Assembly (NCBI GenBank): GCA_045594305.1 | Contig: JAZNYH010000078.1 | Coordinates: 6,469 to 70,468 of the forward strand | Reading direction: 5' to 3' | Length of the DNA: 64,000 bases | Origin: Eubacteriales bacterium | GTDB taxonomy: Bacteria; Bacillota; Clostridia; Oscillospirales; CAG-272 | Shown: piece by piece, positions 44,854 through 55,098 of the stretch | Position numbering within the stretch: the stretch's first letter is position 1 | How the letters are laid out: each line of letters starts with the position of its first letter | Translations under genes and position numbers: made by a program | The notes under the pieces: model-generated | What the model saw: the letters and a program-made list of their open reading frames with translations, nothing else | What the model was told of the DNA's origin: nothing | Database searches by the model: none

Positions 44854-45963
44854 ATGAAAAGAAAGCTAATATCACTTTTTCTTGCGATATTTATGCTTAC
44901 ATTCGCAATTATGCCATACTCAGTAGGAGCAGGCGAAACAAATAACATTGCGGTTGAGAGCGTAGAAAAAGCAGCATCTCAATTGGTAGATGTAAAAATA
45001 ACTGCAACGCAGGAAATTGATGTTAATACAGCGAAGATTGTGATTGATTACGATGACGCTCTTGAGCTTGTGTCAGTTACCAACGGAACACTTTTGCCAC
45101 AAAATTATAGCCTTGGCGTTAATGAGCAGGATAGAGGAAGCTACACGCTTTTAGTAGGCGTTTCAAATCCTGAGAGCGATGTTTACCTTGCCGCAGGCGA
45201 TGTAATCTGCACACTCAAATTCAAAACTCCATCTACTGAGGGAGCATATAATGTAACAGTAAATAGCACAAAAACTCAGCTTGTAAGTGCAAACGCAACT
45301 GTAACCCCTTGCATAGCAAAGGTAGGAACAATTACCGTAACAAAGGCACCTGATTGCTCAGCACACACCTTTGGTGCAGATGTAGTGGTTTCCCAAGCTG
45401 CAACATATTTTACAGGAGCATACTCATATAAGAGCTGTACAGCCTGTGGATATGTAGAAAGCACTATTACACCCCCAACCGCAACAAACATTCTCACTCC
45501 ACTTGGAACTGCTATAAGATACGCAGGCAACCCCTCGGGAATTGGCGCACACTTTGGCGTTGATGTGGATGCTATTACAGCTATCGAGGCTCTTGGCTAC
45601 AAGGTAGAGATTGGAATAGAGATTGAATACGGAAGCAGAACACAGGTAGATGTATTCTATGGTAGCGATGTTCCACCTGCAAACGCAACAAACTTTGCTG
45701 ATGGTGTAATTTCATCAAGCATTGAGGGCATTCACACTCAGCAAGAGGGAACAATTTGTGGATATGTAAAGATAATGGATCCTGCAAAGGGTGGCTCGGG
45801 TAGATACGAGAGAGTATACACCCACCTAAACGGCGATAAGTATCTTTCAATAAAGGATATCGCATCTGTTCTTAACTTCAATAAGTACAGCCAAGCAAGT
45901 GCTGATTACCTCACCGCAGTTATGGCAGGCGAAACCTTCGAGGATAGAAACCTCAATCAATAA
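44854..45963 (+). CDS. Secreted protein: cohesin-like N-terminal domain + Cys-knuckle + beta-rich C-terminal module
   Basis: Signal peptide. VDVKITATQEIDVNTAKIVIDYDDALELVSV resembles type I cohesin strands. CSAH..SCTACG and a following domain parallel residues 461-672 of the 37245-39263 product. Confidence 0.5.
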   Translation: MKRKLISLFLAIFMLTFAIMPYSVGAGETNNIAVESVEKAASQLVDVKITATQEIDVNTAKIVIDYDDALELVSVTNGTLLPQNYSLGVNEQDRGSYTLLVGVSNPESDVYLAAGDVICTLKFKTPSTEGAYNVTVNSTKTQLVSANATVTPCIAKVGTITVTKAPDCSAHTFGADVVVSQAATYFTGAYSYKSCTACGYVESTITPPTATNILTPLGTAIRYAGNPSGIGAHFGVDVDAITAIEALGYKVEIGIEIEYGSRTQVDVFYGSDVPPANATNFADGVISSSIEGIHTQQEGTICGYVKIMDPAKGGSGRYERVYTHLNGDKYLSIKDIASVLNFNKYSQASADYLTAVMAGETFEDRNLNQ

Positions 45964-45971
45964 TAGCTAAC

Positions 45972-46005
45972 AAAAAAGAGATTTGCACTCGCAAATCTCT
46001 TTTTA
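45972..46005. terminator. Bidirectional terminator
   Basis: AGAGATTTGC (45977-45986) / GCAAATCTCT (45991-46000), with A6 before and T4 after. Confidence 0.8.
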
Positions 46006-46010
46006 TTTTA

Positions 46011-47498
46011 TTAACTAAATAGTGAGCCACCCTTGCTCACAGAGGTATATGTGCAGGGCACGGTTACGAGCGAGTAGCTAAGAATAATATGATTTCCAAC
46101 AACATTGTAAAGTGCCTCTTGATAAAGGTCTGCCTGTGTTGCACTCTCGCTTACATATTTTTCAGCATATTCAAGAGCCTCCTGCTCGGTAGCAGAGCTA
46201 ACAGTCATATATTCATTCTTATAAAGCTCAATAAGCTCGATTCTTGCAAGCTCAACATCTCGGCTTGAAACAGTAAGCCCGTGCACCTGAGCGTAGGCGT
46301 AATACGCCATCTCCGACTTCATAATCGAGCGAATATACTCATCAATAGTGTTGTAGCCATTGTATTTTGCGTACTGCTCAAGCGTTAATCCATACTGCGA
46401 ATAAATCGCACCCGAGGATTGTTCAAGCAAAAACTGTGTTGACTTGTATTCTGCACTTGGATACGAAAGAACAACCGAGCCCTCTACAAGATAAGCAGTA
46501 AGCTCACCCTTAGCATAAGAGTCAATTACGCTCTTCTCAAACTCCTCAACAGAGGTAAAGTGCGCACCATAATTCGCTTGAATAAAGCTTAAATCATACT
46601 TAGGAGCGTCATACACGCTATTTATCTTAACCTCATATGCAAGCGTTTTTGTCCTAAGCTCCTCAATGTCATAATCGGCAGGAAAGGTTATTTTAAAGGT
46701 AACCATCTCGCCTACACGAGCATTGACAAGGTTTTTCTCAAAATCAGCTAAAAACGCTCTTGAACCAACATAAATTCTTGTAGAGGTGTCACTCGACTCC
46801 TCATCATCATATCGAACATAATTTCCGTCAGCATCAACCATAATCTCGCCATTTTCATCAGTTCGATAGCTTGCATAGGTAACATCTACAACATCACCCT
46901 CACGCACAGGTCTTGAAGCTATATCACAGCTAAAAACCGCCCTTTTTCCCGAATGAGGCGAAAGTGCATCATAAATCTCGGGATAGCTTTGTCTTAAATG
47001 CTCAAGCTCTTCAAGGCTTGGAATAATATAGTTAGAATTGGTGTATATCTCTCCACCAACTCTGCACGAAAGTAGCATTTGCTCAATACCTAAATTAAGC
47101 TCGCCAGAGCCAAGGCTCTCAATTCTAATAACCTCTTTTTCGTTAATGGTTACATAGTCATCACAGGTGTACCAAAGCTCACCAAGTGTACCAGAGCCAC
47201 CGTCATCGACATACTCGTAAACAGTAATAATAGCGTCTACCGAGTCACCCACCTTAACAGAGCCAAGGTCCTTTGCCTTGCTTGCAATGTCGTTATCAAT
47301 CTTTTTTTGAAGGGCATCAAGCTCAAAGGTTATTTGCTTTGCCCTTGTATCTGGAATGGTTATATAGCTTGAAAGGTTATCATAATCATATTTTTTACTT
47401 AAAACAACTGCACTACCATCATCGTCCCCCTTGTCCTTGCAGGCGAAAAGAGAAAGCAAAAGGCAGATACAGATAAGAAAAATTAAAGCTCTTTTCAT
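46011..47498 (-). CDS. Lipoprotein with trigger-factor-like FKBP PPIase and C-terminal chaperone-like domains
   Basis: Lipobox LSLFAC. The segment VREGDVVDVTYASY..IYVGSRAFLADFEKNLVNARVGEMVTFKITFPADY matches the trigger-factor PPIase pattern. The helical C-terminus resembles the trigger-factor C-domain. Confidence 0.55.
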   Translation of the reverse strand: MKRALIFLICICLLLSLFACKDKGDDDGSAVVLSKKYDYDNLSSYITIPDTRAKQITFELDALQKKIDNDIASKAKDLGSVKVGDSVDAIITVYEYVDDGGSGTLGELWYTCDDYVTINEKEVIRIESLGSGELNLGIEQMLLSCRVGGEIYTNSNYIIPSLEELEHLRQSYPEIYDALSPHSGKRAVFSCDIASRPVREGDVVDVTYASYRTDENGEIMVDADGNYVRYDDEESSDTSTRIYVGSRAFLADFEKNLVNARVGEMVTFKITFPADYDIEELRTKTLAYEVKINSVYDAPKYDLSFIQANYGAHFTSVEEFEKSVIDSYAKGELTAYLVEGSVVLSYPSAEYKSTQFLLEQSSGAIYSQYGLTLEQYAKYNGYNTIDEYIRSIMKSEMAYYAYAQVHGLTVSSRDVELARIELIELYKNEYMTVSSATEQEALEYAEKYVSESATQADLYQEALYNVVGNHIILSYSLVTVPCTYTSVSKGGSLFS

Positions 47499-47670
47499 AA
47501 GCTCTCCTTTAAAGAGTACATATTATATATATTGTATCACATTAAAGTCAGTTTGTAAATAACAACATAAAAAGTCGACTATCAAGGTCGGCTTTTTTTA
47601 GCTTCAATAGGTAATAAGCTTGTTTTCCCTTGAATAAATATGTATTAATGCTAAGGAAAGGAATTAAATA

Positions 47671-50259
47671 ATGACAGATTATAAAAGGGGACTAACAAGC
47701 GAGGAGGTAGCAAGGTCACGAGAAAGGCACGGCTCAAACGAGATAGTAACGCAAAGCAGAGTAGGCTTTTTTCGCTCCTTTCTTTCAAACCTCTCCGATC
47801 CAATAATAAGAATACTAATAGTAGCAATTTTCATAAATATAATCTTTATGTTTCCAAAAATAAATTGGTTCGAGGTGGGCGGAATAGCAACATCTGTGCT
47901 GATTTCAACCCTTGTCTCCACCCTTTCGGAGTTTTCGAGTGGAAACGCCCTTGAACGCTTAAAAAACGAAACAAGTAGCACCCTGTGTAGAGTACGCCGA
48001 GAGGGAGAGCTAATAGAAATCCCAAGCACCGAGGTTGTTGTAGGGGATATAGTCGTGCTTAACGCAGGAGAGCGAGTTTACGCCGATATGAGGCTGATAG
48101 GCGGAGAGGTGTCACTTGATGAGTCCTCACTAACGGGCGAGAGTGCCGAGGTGAAAAAGCAGATAGGAGAAACAGCCCTTAGAGGTAGCCTTGTCCTTTC
48201 AGGCTATGCAGAGTGTCAAATCGAGGCAGTGGGTGAGCATACATATTACGGAGCAGTAGCCTCAGAGCTTAGCCAAAGCACACGCCCAAGTCCCTTAAAG
48301 CATAGACTTTCACGCCTCGCAAGGAGTATAAGCATAATCGGCTACATAGCCTCGGCACTAATAGCCCTTGCATATCTATTTAATGTCTTTTTTATAGATA
48401 GTAAAATGGTTATGAGCGAGGTGCTTATAAAGCTTAGCGACATAAGGCTCGTGCTATCAAGCCTTCTCAACGCTCTAACTCTTGCCGTATCAATAATTGT
48501 CGTAGCAGTTCCCGAGGGGCTTCCTATGATGATAACAGTCGTTCTTTGCTCAAAAATGAAGAGTATGATGAGCGATGGAGTGGTTGTAAGAAAGCTTGTT
48601 GGAATAGAAACCTCGGGTAGCTTAAATATTCTTTTCACCGATAAAACAGGAACAATAACCGAGGGCAGACTAAGACCAAAGGGCATATACCTTGCTGATG
48701 GTAGCAGATTTTTCTCACTAAGGGATATGAAGGGGTGCGAGGCGTATAAAAAGCACCTCACCCTGTGTGCAGGGTATTGTAATAGTGCCGAGTATAATGG
48801 CAGAGAGGCAATAGGCTCAGATGCTACCGATAGAGCGATTAGAGAGCTTGTAAAAAACGACCTTCCAAGGGCAACTCTAATATCAAAAGAGCCGTTTGAT
48901 AGCACAAAAAAGTATATGCGTGTGAGGGTTAGAATAGATGGTGAGGAAAGACTTCTTATCAAGGGTGCACCCGAGGCTCTTGTCGATAAATGCACCACTT
49001 ATCTAAGCAAAAATGGCGAGATGTGTCCGTTAAAGGCTAAGGAAAGCGTCTTAAAGCAGTTAAAGGAGCTGACCAGCTCATCATATCGAGTAGTGGCACT
49101 TGCAACGGGCAAGAGTGATAGTGAGCTAAGCCTCATAGGGCTTGTTGCAATTCGTGACAAAATTAGAAAGGACGCCCCCTCAGCAGTAAGAGAGGTCACC
49201 CAAGCGGGTGTTGGCGTGGTTATGATAACGGGAGATAACAAGGATACAGCCGAGGCAATAGCGAAGGAATGTGGAATTATCTCACCCTTGACAAAAAGAA
49301 CACTCGTTTTAACCTCTGACACTCTTTCCAATATGACCGATAGCGAGATTGCACAGCTTTTGCCAAGCCTTGCAGTAGTCGCAAGAGCACTCCCAACCGA
49401 TAAAAGCCGTCTTGTTAGAATAGCACAAGGCGAGGGACTTGTGGTTGGAATGACGGGTGATGGAATAAACGACGCATCGTCGTTAAAATCAGCAGATGTA
49501 GGCTTTGCAATGGGCTCAGGCACCGATGTTGCAAAGGAGGCAAGCGACATTGTAATCACCGATAATAGCCTTTCCTCAATAGTAAAGGCAATTCTTTATG
49601 GAAGAGCAATCTTTTCATCAATAAGAAAATTCATTCTCTTTCAGCTCACTATGAATTTAGGAGCAGTAGGCATTTCCCTCATAGGACCATTTATTGGTAT
49701 TGATAGCCCCGTAACGGTTAGCCAAATGCTATGGGTAAATATCATTATGGATACCCTTGGAGCACTCGCATTTGCATCAGAGCCAGCCGAGGCAGAGCTT
49801 ATGAAGGAAAAGCCGAAATCAAGAGATGAGCCACTCATATCAAGACCTATGCTAAGTCGAATTATAGCAACAGGTGTCTATATTCTTGCACTTAGCGTGT
49901 GGTTTTTAAAGAGCGATATGTCATCAATGCTCCTTTTGAAGGCAAGTGAGGAGTATATTCTTAGTGCCTTCTTCTGTATGTTCATATTTACAGGAATATT
50001 TGTAATGTTCACCTCACGAACGACAAGGATAAACCTGCTTTGCCACCTTGGAAAAAATAAATCCTTTATTTTCATAATGCTACTTATATCAATTGTGCAA
50101 ATGGGGCTTGTATACATAGGCGGAGAGGTGTTTAGAGCAGTGCCACTTGCCCTACACGACCTAATTGTGGTTATTCTTGTGTCGTTTAGCGTTGTGGTGT
50201 TTGATTTTGTAAGGAAGCTTCTTGTCTCGCTTCGCATAAAGCGAAGGCAAGGTGAATAA
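47671..50259 (+). CDS. P-type ATPase, P2 (Ca2+-transporting) type
   Basis: N-terminal GLTSEEVARSRERHGSNE, TM4 PEGLP, phosphorylation site DKTGTITEG, TGDN, GDGINDA. Confidence 0.85.
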   Translation: MTDYKRGLTSEEVARSRERHGSNEIVTQSRVGFFRSFLSNLSDPIIRILIVAIFINIIFMFPKINWFEVGGIATSVLISTLVSTLSEFSSGNALERLKNETSSTLCRVRREGELIEIPSTEVVVGDIVVLNAGERVYADMRLIGGEVSLDESSLTGESAEVKKQIGETALRGSLVLSGYAECQIEAVGEHTYYGAVASELSQSTRPSPLKHRLSRLARSISIIGYIASALIALAYLFNVFFIDSKMVMSEVLIKLSDIRLVLSSLLNALTLAVSIIVVAVPEGLPMMITVVLCSKMKSMMSDGVVVRKLVGIETSGSLNILFTDKTGTITEGRLRPKGIYLADGSRFFSLRDMKGCEAYKKHLTLCAGYCNSAEYNGREAIGSDATDRAIRELVKNDLPRATLISKEPFDSTKKYMRVRVRIDGEERLLIKGAPEALVDKCTTYLSKNGEMCPLKAKESVLKQLKELTSSSYRVVALATGKSDSELSLIGLVAIRDKIRKDAPSAVREVTQAGVGVVMITGDNKDTAEAIAKECGIISPLTKRTLVLTSDTLSNMTDSEIAQLLPSLAVVARALPTDKSRLVRIAQGEGLVVGMTGDGINDASSLKSADVGFAMGSGTDVAKEASDIVITDNSLSSIVKAILYGRAIFSSIRKFILFQLTMNLGAVGISLIGPFIGIDSPVTVSQMLWVNIIMDTLGALAFASEPAEAELMKEKPKSRDEPLISRPMLSRIIATGVYILALSVWFLKSDMSSMLLLKASEEYILSAFFCMFIFTGIFVMFTSRTTRINLLCHLGKNKSFIFIMLLISIVQMGLVYIGGEVFRAVPLALHDLIVVILVSFSVVVFDFVRKLLVSLRIKRRQGE

Positions 50260-50315
50260 AATAAAATGCACGAGGGAGAGGTAGTGCCCTCGTATTAAAA
50301 TTGGAGGAAATAAAA

Positions 50316-51251
50316 ATGCCTAATAATAAATACCTTCCCGAGGGCTCACTAATTGGAACAGCCGAAAATAACGAATACACATCAAGCCTTTATGGACTTG
50401 AAAAGGCAAGACAAGAGGGCAAAATCTTAGAGGGAATTGTATCAATGTGCGATAGCGATACATACACGCTCCATGTAGACCTTTGTGGTATAGACGGAAT
50501 AATCGAAAGGAGTGAGGCTCTTTATGGCGAGGAGATAAAGGATATCGCAATAATAACCAGAGTAGGAAAGCCGGTTGCCTTTAAGGTGCTTCAGGTGGTT
50601 GCCTCATCAAGGGAGCGTCCCTATGTGATTCTCTCACGCAAGGAGGCTCAAAGAGAGTGTATGAGGGAATACCTTCTTGACCTAATCGCAGGCGATATAA
50701 TCCCTGCAAGAGTGACACACCTTGAGCCCTTTGGAGCATTTGTCGATGTAGGCTGTGGAATCGCATCGCTTATGTCAGTTGATGCAATCTCAGTTTCAAG
50801 GATACCAAGTCCGGCAGAACGCTTTGCTTTAAGAGAGCAGATAAAGGTTGTTGTAAGAAGTATAGATTACGATACGGGAAGAATATATACCTCAACAAGA
50901 GAGCTGTTTGGCACTTGGGAGGAAAACGCCTCGAAATTTGCCGTAGGTCAAACCGTGTCAGGCATAATACGAAGCGTAGAGAGCTATGGAGTTTTTGTCG
51001 AGCTTGCACCAAACCTCGCAGGACTCGCAGAGCTAAGAGAGGGCGTGCAGGCAGGGCAGAGCTGTGCCGTATATATAAAGAGCATCGTTCCCGAGAAAAT
51101 GAAAATCAAGCTCGTTATAATCGACTCCTACGACTCTGTCACCCCACGCAAGAGACCAGAGTATTTTGTCGACACAAATAAGGTCGAGCACATAAGCTAT
51201 TGGAAATACTCCCCCGACTCGTGCGACAGAATAATAGAAAGCGTTTTCTAA
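50316..51251 (+). CDS. S1 RNA-binding domain protein (three S1-like repeats)
   Basis: Repeats such as GDIIPARVTHLEPFGAFVDVGCG and GQTVSGIIRSVESYGVFVELAPN. ATG 50316 follows GGAGG; the ORF track starts at TTG 50301. Confidence 0.7.
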   Translation: MPNNKYLPEGSLIGTAENNEYTSSLYGLEKARQEGKILEGIVSMCDSDTYTLHVDLCGIDGIIERSEALYGEEIKDIAIITRVGKPVAFKVLQVVASSRERPYVILSRKEAQRECMREYLLDLIAGDIIPARVTHLEPFGAFVDVGCGIASLMSVDAISVSRIPSPAERFALREQIKVVVRSIDYDTGRIYTSTRELFGTWEENASKFAVGQTVSGIIRSVESYGVFVELAPNLAGLAELREGVQAGQSCAVYIKSIVPEKMKIKLVIIDSYDSVTPRKRPEYFVDTNKVEHISYWKYSPDSCDRIIESVF

Positions 51252-51253
51252 AC

Positions 51254-51284
51254 AAAAAAAGACGGATTTAATCCGTCTTTTTTA
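51254..51284. terminator. Bidirectional terminator
   Basis: GACGGAT (51261-51267) / ATCCGTC (51271-51277), with A7 before and T6 after. Confidence 0.8.
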
Positions 51285-52913
51285 TTATTCCTCATCAGGT
51301 GTGCCGCTTGAAGCACCATCATCGGTTATAGGCTCCTTAGTGGAGTCCTCGGCATTTTCTGCCTCATCATATAGAGAGGTCGAGCCGGTATCAAGCATAA
51401 AGCTTTCAACCTTAGGCACTCTTCTTTCAATATCAACCACCTTTAATTCAAACCAGAAGGTGCTACCCTCACCAACCTCACTTGAAACACCAAAGCGAGA
51501 GTTATGAAGAAGTAGAATATTTTTAACAATTGAAAGACCAAGACCTGTGCCTATTTTAGCCCTTGTGTGAACCTTGTCAACCTTAAAATATCTGTCCCAA
51601 ATAAGAGGTAAATCCTCATCGCTTATACCAACACCCGTGTCAGTTACTGAAATTCTAACAACATCATCAGTAAGCGATTGTGTAACACGCACACGCTTGT
51701 CAGGACCTGTGTAGTTAATTGCATTGTTTATAAGATTATATACAACCTGAAGAATACGCACCTCATCAGCCATAACAAAGACATCCTCTCTTTGGTCAAA
51801 GGTAACAATATAACCATTATGAGAGATAAGATGCTCATATCTTTCGATTGATTTTCTAACAATATCAGTAAGGTTTATTTTTTGAAGCTCAAGCTTTTGT
51901 GTTCCCGATTGTAGCTTGGAAACATTGAGTAGATCGTTAACAAGAGAGGAGAGGCGTGCAGTTTCATCTATGATAACCTGCATATTCTCGGGAGTGTTCT
52001 CACCAGGCAAGTCACGCATAACCTCACTATAACCCGAAATCATCGTAAGAGGAGTTCTAAGGTCGTGAGAAATGTTAGCGATAAGATCCTTTTGAAGCTT
52101 GTCAAGCTTAGAAAGCTCGGACACGGCATAGTTAAGCGTCTTAGCAAGCTCAATCGACTCAATCGTTCCCTTTTCCTCAAAGCGAACCTCGTAATTTCCA
52201 CGAGCAAGCTCCTTTGCCTTGTTATTTATATCAATGATAGGAGCGGACATATGCTTAGATACAAAGTACGCCACAATAAACGCCGCAAAAATCATAAAAA
52301 TTGATATAACAACAAGCTGAGCACGAATTGTTCTTACAGTTGAATCAATCGGCTGAATAGAGGAGTTGAAAATGATAAGCATTGTTTCACCCTGCGCATT
52401 AGTAGTGGTAGCAACGCTTATGATATGGTCATTTTCAAGCTTGGGCACATTGCCCTTAAAATTATCGGGATTAAAATTAGGATTGTCCACCTTATCCTTT
52501 TCGATAATTTCTACATAATAGCCATCGTTCTGCTCGGCACGAGAGAACCAATTCTTGTATAAGTCACCATTGTAGCTTATCGAATGTAGAAAGCAGTCAA
52601 ACTCGTCATTGTGAACATCACACCCATCAATTACAATAAAGCCCTTAGAGGCGTTTACAACCTTTATACAGGCATTATGATAATCGGATAGGTTAGACAC
52701 AAGAGAGCCAATATCCCCATTGTCAATGTTTTCGCTAATATCATTACTCGCTTGATAAGAGGCGAACTTCTTTACATACTCGTAAAACTTAGATAAGAAT
52801 ACAGTTTGCGTAAGCCATAGAATTATGAGCATAAGCAAAATTAGCGAAAGCATTGCTATAAATATCTTAGCACCAATTGTGCCAAAGGCAGATTTTCTTC
52901 TTATTTTACTCAT
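51285..52913 (-). CDS. Sensor histidine kinase (two TM segments, extracytoplasmic domain, HAMP, HisKA, HATPase_c)
   Basis: H-box SHDLRTPLT, N-box NLINNAINYT, G-box GTGLGLSIV. Confidence 0.85.
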   Translation of the reverse strand: MSKIRRKSAFGTIGAKIFIAMLSLILLMLIILWLTQTVFLSKFYEYVKKFASYQASNDISENIDNGDIGSLVSNLSDYHNACIKVVNASKGFIVIDGCDVHNDEFDCFLHSISYNGDLYKNWFSRAEQNDGYYVEIIEKDKVDNPNFNPDNFKGNVPKLENDHIISVATTTNAQGETMLIIFNSSIQPIDSTVRTIRAQLVVISIFMIFAAFIVAYFVSKHMSAPIIDINNKAKELARGNYEVRFEEKGTIESIELAKTLNYAVSELSKLDKLQKDLIANISHDLRTPLTMISGYSEVMRDLPGENTPENMQVIIDETARLSSLVNDLLNVSKLQSGTQKLELQKINLTDIVRKSIERYEHLISHNGYIVTFDQREDVFVMADEVRILQVVYNLINNAINYTGPDKRVRVTQSLTDDVVRISVTDTGVGISDEDLPLIWDRYFKVDKVHTRAKIGTGLGLSIVKNILLLHNSRFGVSSEVGEGSTFWFELKVVDIERRVPKVESFMLDTGSTSLYDEAENAEDSTKEPITDDGASSGTPDEE

Positions 52914-53602
52914 TCTTTATACTCAAAGCGATAACCGACGCCACGGATAGTAACAATAAAATCAGCGTATTGACCAAGGCTCTTGCGAAGAATTTTGATA
53001 TGTGTATCAAGGGTTCTATCATCGCCAAAGAAATCGTAGCCCCAAACATCGGACAAAAGCTTGTCACGAGTAAGAGCGATATTCTTATTTCTAAGCATAT
53101 AGAAGAAAAGGTCGTATTCCTTGGGTGACATATCTACTCTTTGACCATCGACATAAACAATTCTTGCAGTGAAATCTACAACAAGACCGCCCTCAGCCAT
53201 GCTCAAAACCTCGTTTGTAGGCTCAGCGGGCTTTTCGTTAGCCCTTGAACGCTTCAAAATAGCGTCAACTCTAAGCATAAGCTCCTTTGGAGAGAAGGGC
53301 TTTATAACATAATCATCAATGCCAATCTCAAAGCCATTTATCTTGTCGTATTCCTCGCCCCTTGCAGAGAGCATAATGATAGGAACATTAGAAAACTTTC
53401 TAATCTCACGACAAGCAGAAAAGCCGTCAAGCTCTGGCATCATAATATCCATAATAACTATGTCATAATGGTTGCTTTTAAGCTCCATAAGAGCCTCCAT
53501 ACCATTAGATGCCTCTGTGACAGAGTGACCTTCAAATTCTGCATATTTACGAATGAGCTTTCTAATCATTTCCTCATCGTCTGTAATAAGTATATTATAC
53601 AT
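52910..53602 (-). CDS. OmpR-family response regulator
   Basis: Receiver DIVIMDIMMPELDG and winged helix RGVGYRF. 4-nt overlap (ATGA) with the kinase gene. Confidence 0.88.
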   Translation of the reverse strand: MYNILITDDEEMIRKLIRKYAEFEGHSVTEASNGMEALMELKSNHYDIVIMDIMMPELDGFSACREIRKFSNVPIIMLSARGEEYDKINGFEIGIDDYVIKPFSPKELMLRVDAILKRSRANEKPAEPTNEVLSMAEGGLVVDFTARIVYVDGQRVDMSPKEYDLFFYMLRNKNIALTRDKLLSDVWGYDFFGDDRTLDTHIKILRKSLGQYADFIVTIRGVGYRFEYKE

Positions 53603-53661
53603 AAATATATCACCTCATAAAAATAATATCATACAATATGTAAAATGTCAAGCGTGATAGG

Positions 53662-53694
53662 GAGAAAATGCGGCACTTGAAGGGGTGCCGCATT
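53662..53694 (-). terminator. Rho-independent terminator of the htrA-like gene
   Basis: ATGCGGCAC (53668-53676) / GTGCCGCAT (53685-53693); T4 follows on the minus strand. Confidence 0.65.
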
Positions 53695-53743
53695 GGTGGT
53701 GACTGCTGAGCAGTCTATATAAAAAGGAGAGAGATAATGCAAA

Positions 53744-54964
53744 TTAAGGCTTTTGATATACGGTAAGGGTTACATCTAAGAACTCATTACCACGCCTAAT
53801 TGAGGCTGTAATGGTGTCACCAGGGCGAAGAGCTCTCAAAACCTCTCTAACGCCTTGAACCGATGAAATATCAACGCCATTAAGGGAAAGAATAACATCC
53901 ATCTTTTGAAGAACGGAATCGTTATAGCCCTTTTCAAGGTCATGAACATAAACATAAGGAGCGGAGAAGGAATCCTGAGCCTCAGCAACAGTAATTCCAA
54001 GGAATGAGCCTGCAATTAGATACTCAACAATTTCCTTAGCGTCATTTGAAGGGATAGCAAAGCCAATTCCCTCAACGCCCTCGCCAATCGACTTAGCGTT
54101 TATTATACCTACAAGCTGTCCCTTCATATTGAAAAGACCACCACCCGAGTTGCCTTGATTTATAGCCGCATTTGTTTGAAGAAGATTGAAGGTTGTTCCA
54201 TCAATCACAACCTCACGGTCAAGTGCGCTAATTATACCATTTGTGCAGGTTCCACCAAGCTCGCCGAGAGGATTACCAATAGCGATTACCTCTTGACCGA
54301 GAATAAGATTGTCGGAGTTGCCGAAATTTACTCCCGTGAGCTTGTCGGTTGTGTTAACCATAAGAACTGCAATGTCACCAAAGGCGTCAGTGCCACGAAC
54401 AGTAGTTACAGGATACTCCTTGCCATCAGTTGTTGTAATTGTTATTTTGTCGGATACTACACCAGTAGAGCTTTCTACAACATGTGCATTTGTAACCACA
54501 TAGTAGCCACCATCAACACCGTCTATCTTGTATGAGCCAATGATAACTCCGCTACCAGCACTCTCGCTAACCACCGTTCCGTGGTCGGAGATTTGAGTTC
54601 TTATCTCAACAACGCTATCCTTTACCGCATATATTACCTCTGAATATGTCTTATATTCGGTAACACCATCAGGCGAGGGTGTTGTCGCAGAGGGATTGAC
54701 GGGTGTAGAGTTGCTTGTTGGAGTAGAGAATATCATACTATCAATATTCTGCTTGTTTATGTTACTTGTTGAAACCTTTCCAACAAGAATAAATCCAAAA
54801 ATAGATGTCAAAAGGATTAAAATTCCAAAAAAGACACAAACCAAGATAATAGCGATATTGCTTGATTTTTGCTTTTGTGGCTGTGGATAATATGGATTAT
54901 AGCCATATCCTAAGCCGTTATTATTGTCATCTTGTGGAAAATTGTTATATATAAAGTCTGCCAC
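53744..54964 (-). CDS. htrA: HtrA/DegP-family serine protease with N-terminal membrane anchor and PDZ domain
   Basis: Catalytic TNAHVV, D, GNSGGGL. C-terminal PDZ-like region. GTG start after AAAGGAG. The arrangement with the downstream two-component system resembles CssRS/HtrA secretion-stress modules. Confidence 0.85.
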   Translation of the reverse strand: MADFIYNNFPQDDNNNGLGYGYNPYYPQPQKQKSSNIAIILVCVFFGILILLTSIFGFILVGKVSTSNINKQNIDSMIFSTPTSNSTPVNPSATTPSPDGVTEYKTYSEVIYAVKDSVVEIRTQISDHGTVVSESAGSGVIIGSYKIDGVDGGYYVVTNAHVVESSTGVVSDKITITTTDGKEYPVTTVRGTDAFGDIAVLMVNTTDKLTGVNFGNSDNLILGQEVIAIGNPLGELGGTCTNGIISALDREVVIDGTTFNLLQTNAAINQGNSGGGLFNMKGQLVGIINAKSIGEGVEGIGFAIPSNDAKEIVEYLIAGSFLGITVAEAQDSFSAPYVYVHDLEKGYNDSVLQKMDVILSLNGVDISSVQGVREVLRALRPGDTITASIRRGNEFLDVTLTVYQKP

Positions 54965-55063
54965 GAGCTATACTCCTTTCACCTTACTGATATTATTTTA
55001 CAATACGAATGTGACAGTTTTTTGAAGATTGAGAAAAAATTAAATGAAAATCACAAAAAAATC

Positions 55064-55092
55064 TTGCATTTTTTATAATATTATGATAGAAT
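55064..55092 (+). promoter_or_regulatory. sigma-A promoter of the pheST leader
   Basis: TTGCAT (55064-55069), 17 nt, TAGAAT (55087-55092). Confidence 0.65.
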
Positions 55093-55098
55093 AGCGAA

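Noticed and set aside
48342-49559. Long antisense ORFs (218 aa and 186 aa) opposite the P-type ATPase. Similar cases are 26418-27305 opposite the GH63-like gene, 17889-18716 opposite valS, and 7900-8439 opposite ispH-S1.
   Set aside because: They are Ser/Leu/Ile/Thr-rich and have no motifs. Each lies entirely opposite a gene with complete, ordered catalytic motifs. These are typical shadow ORFs.
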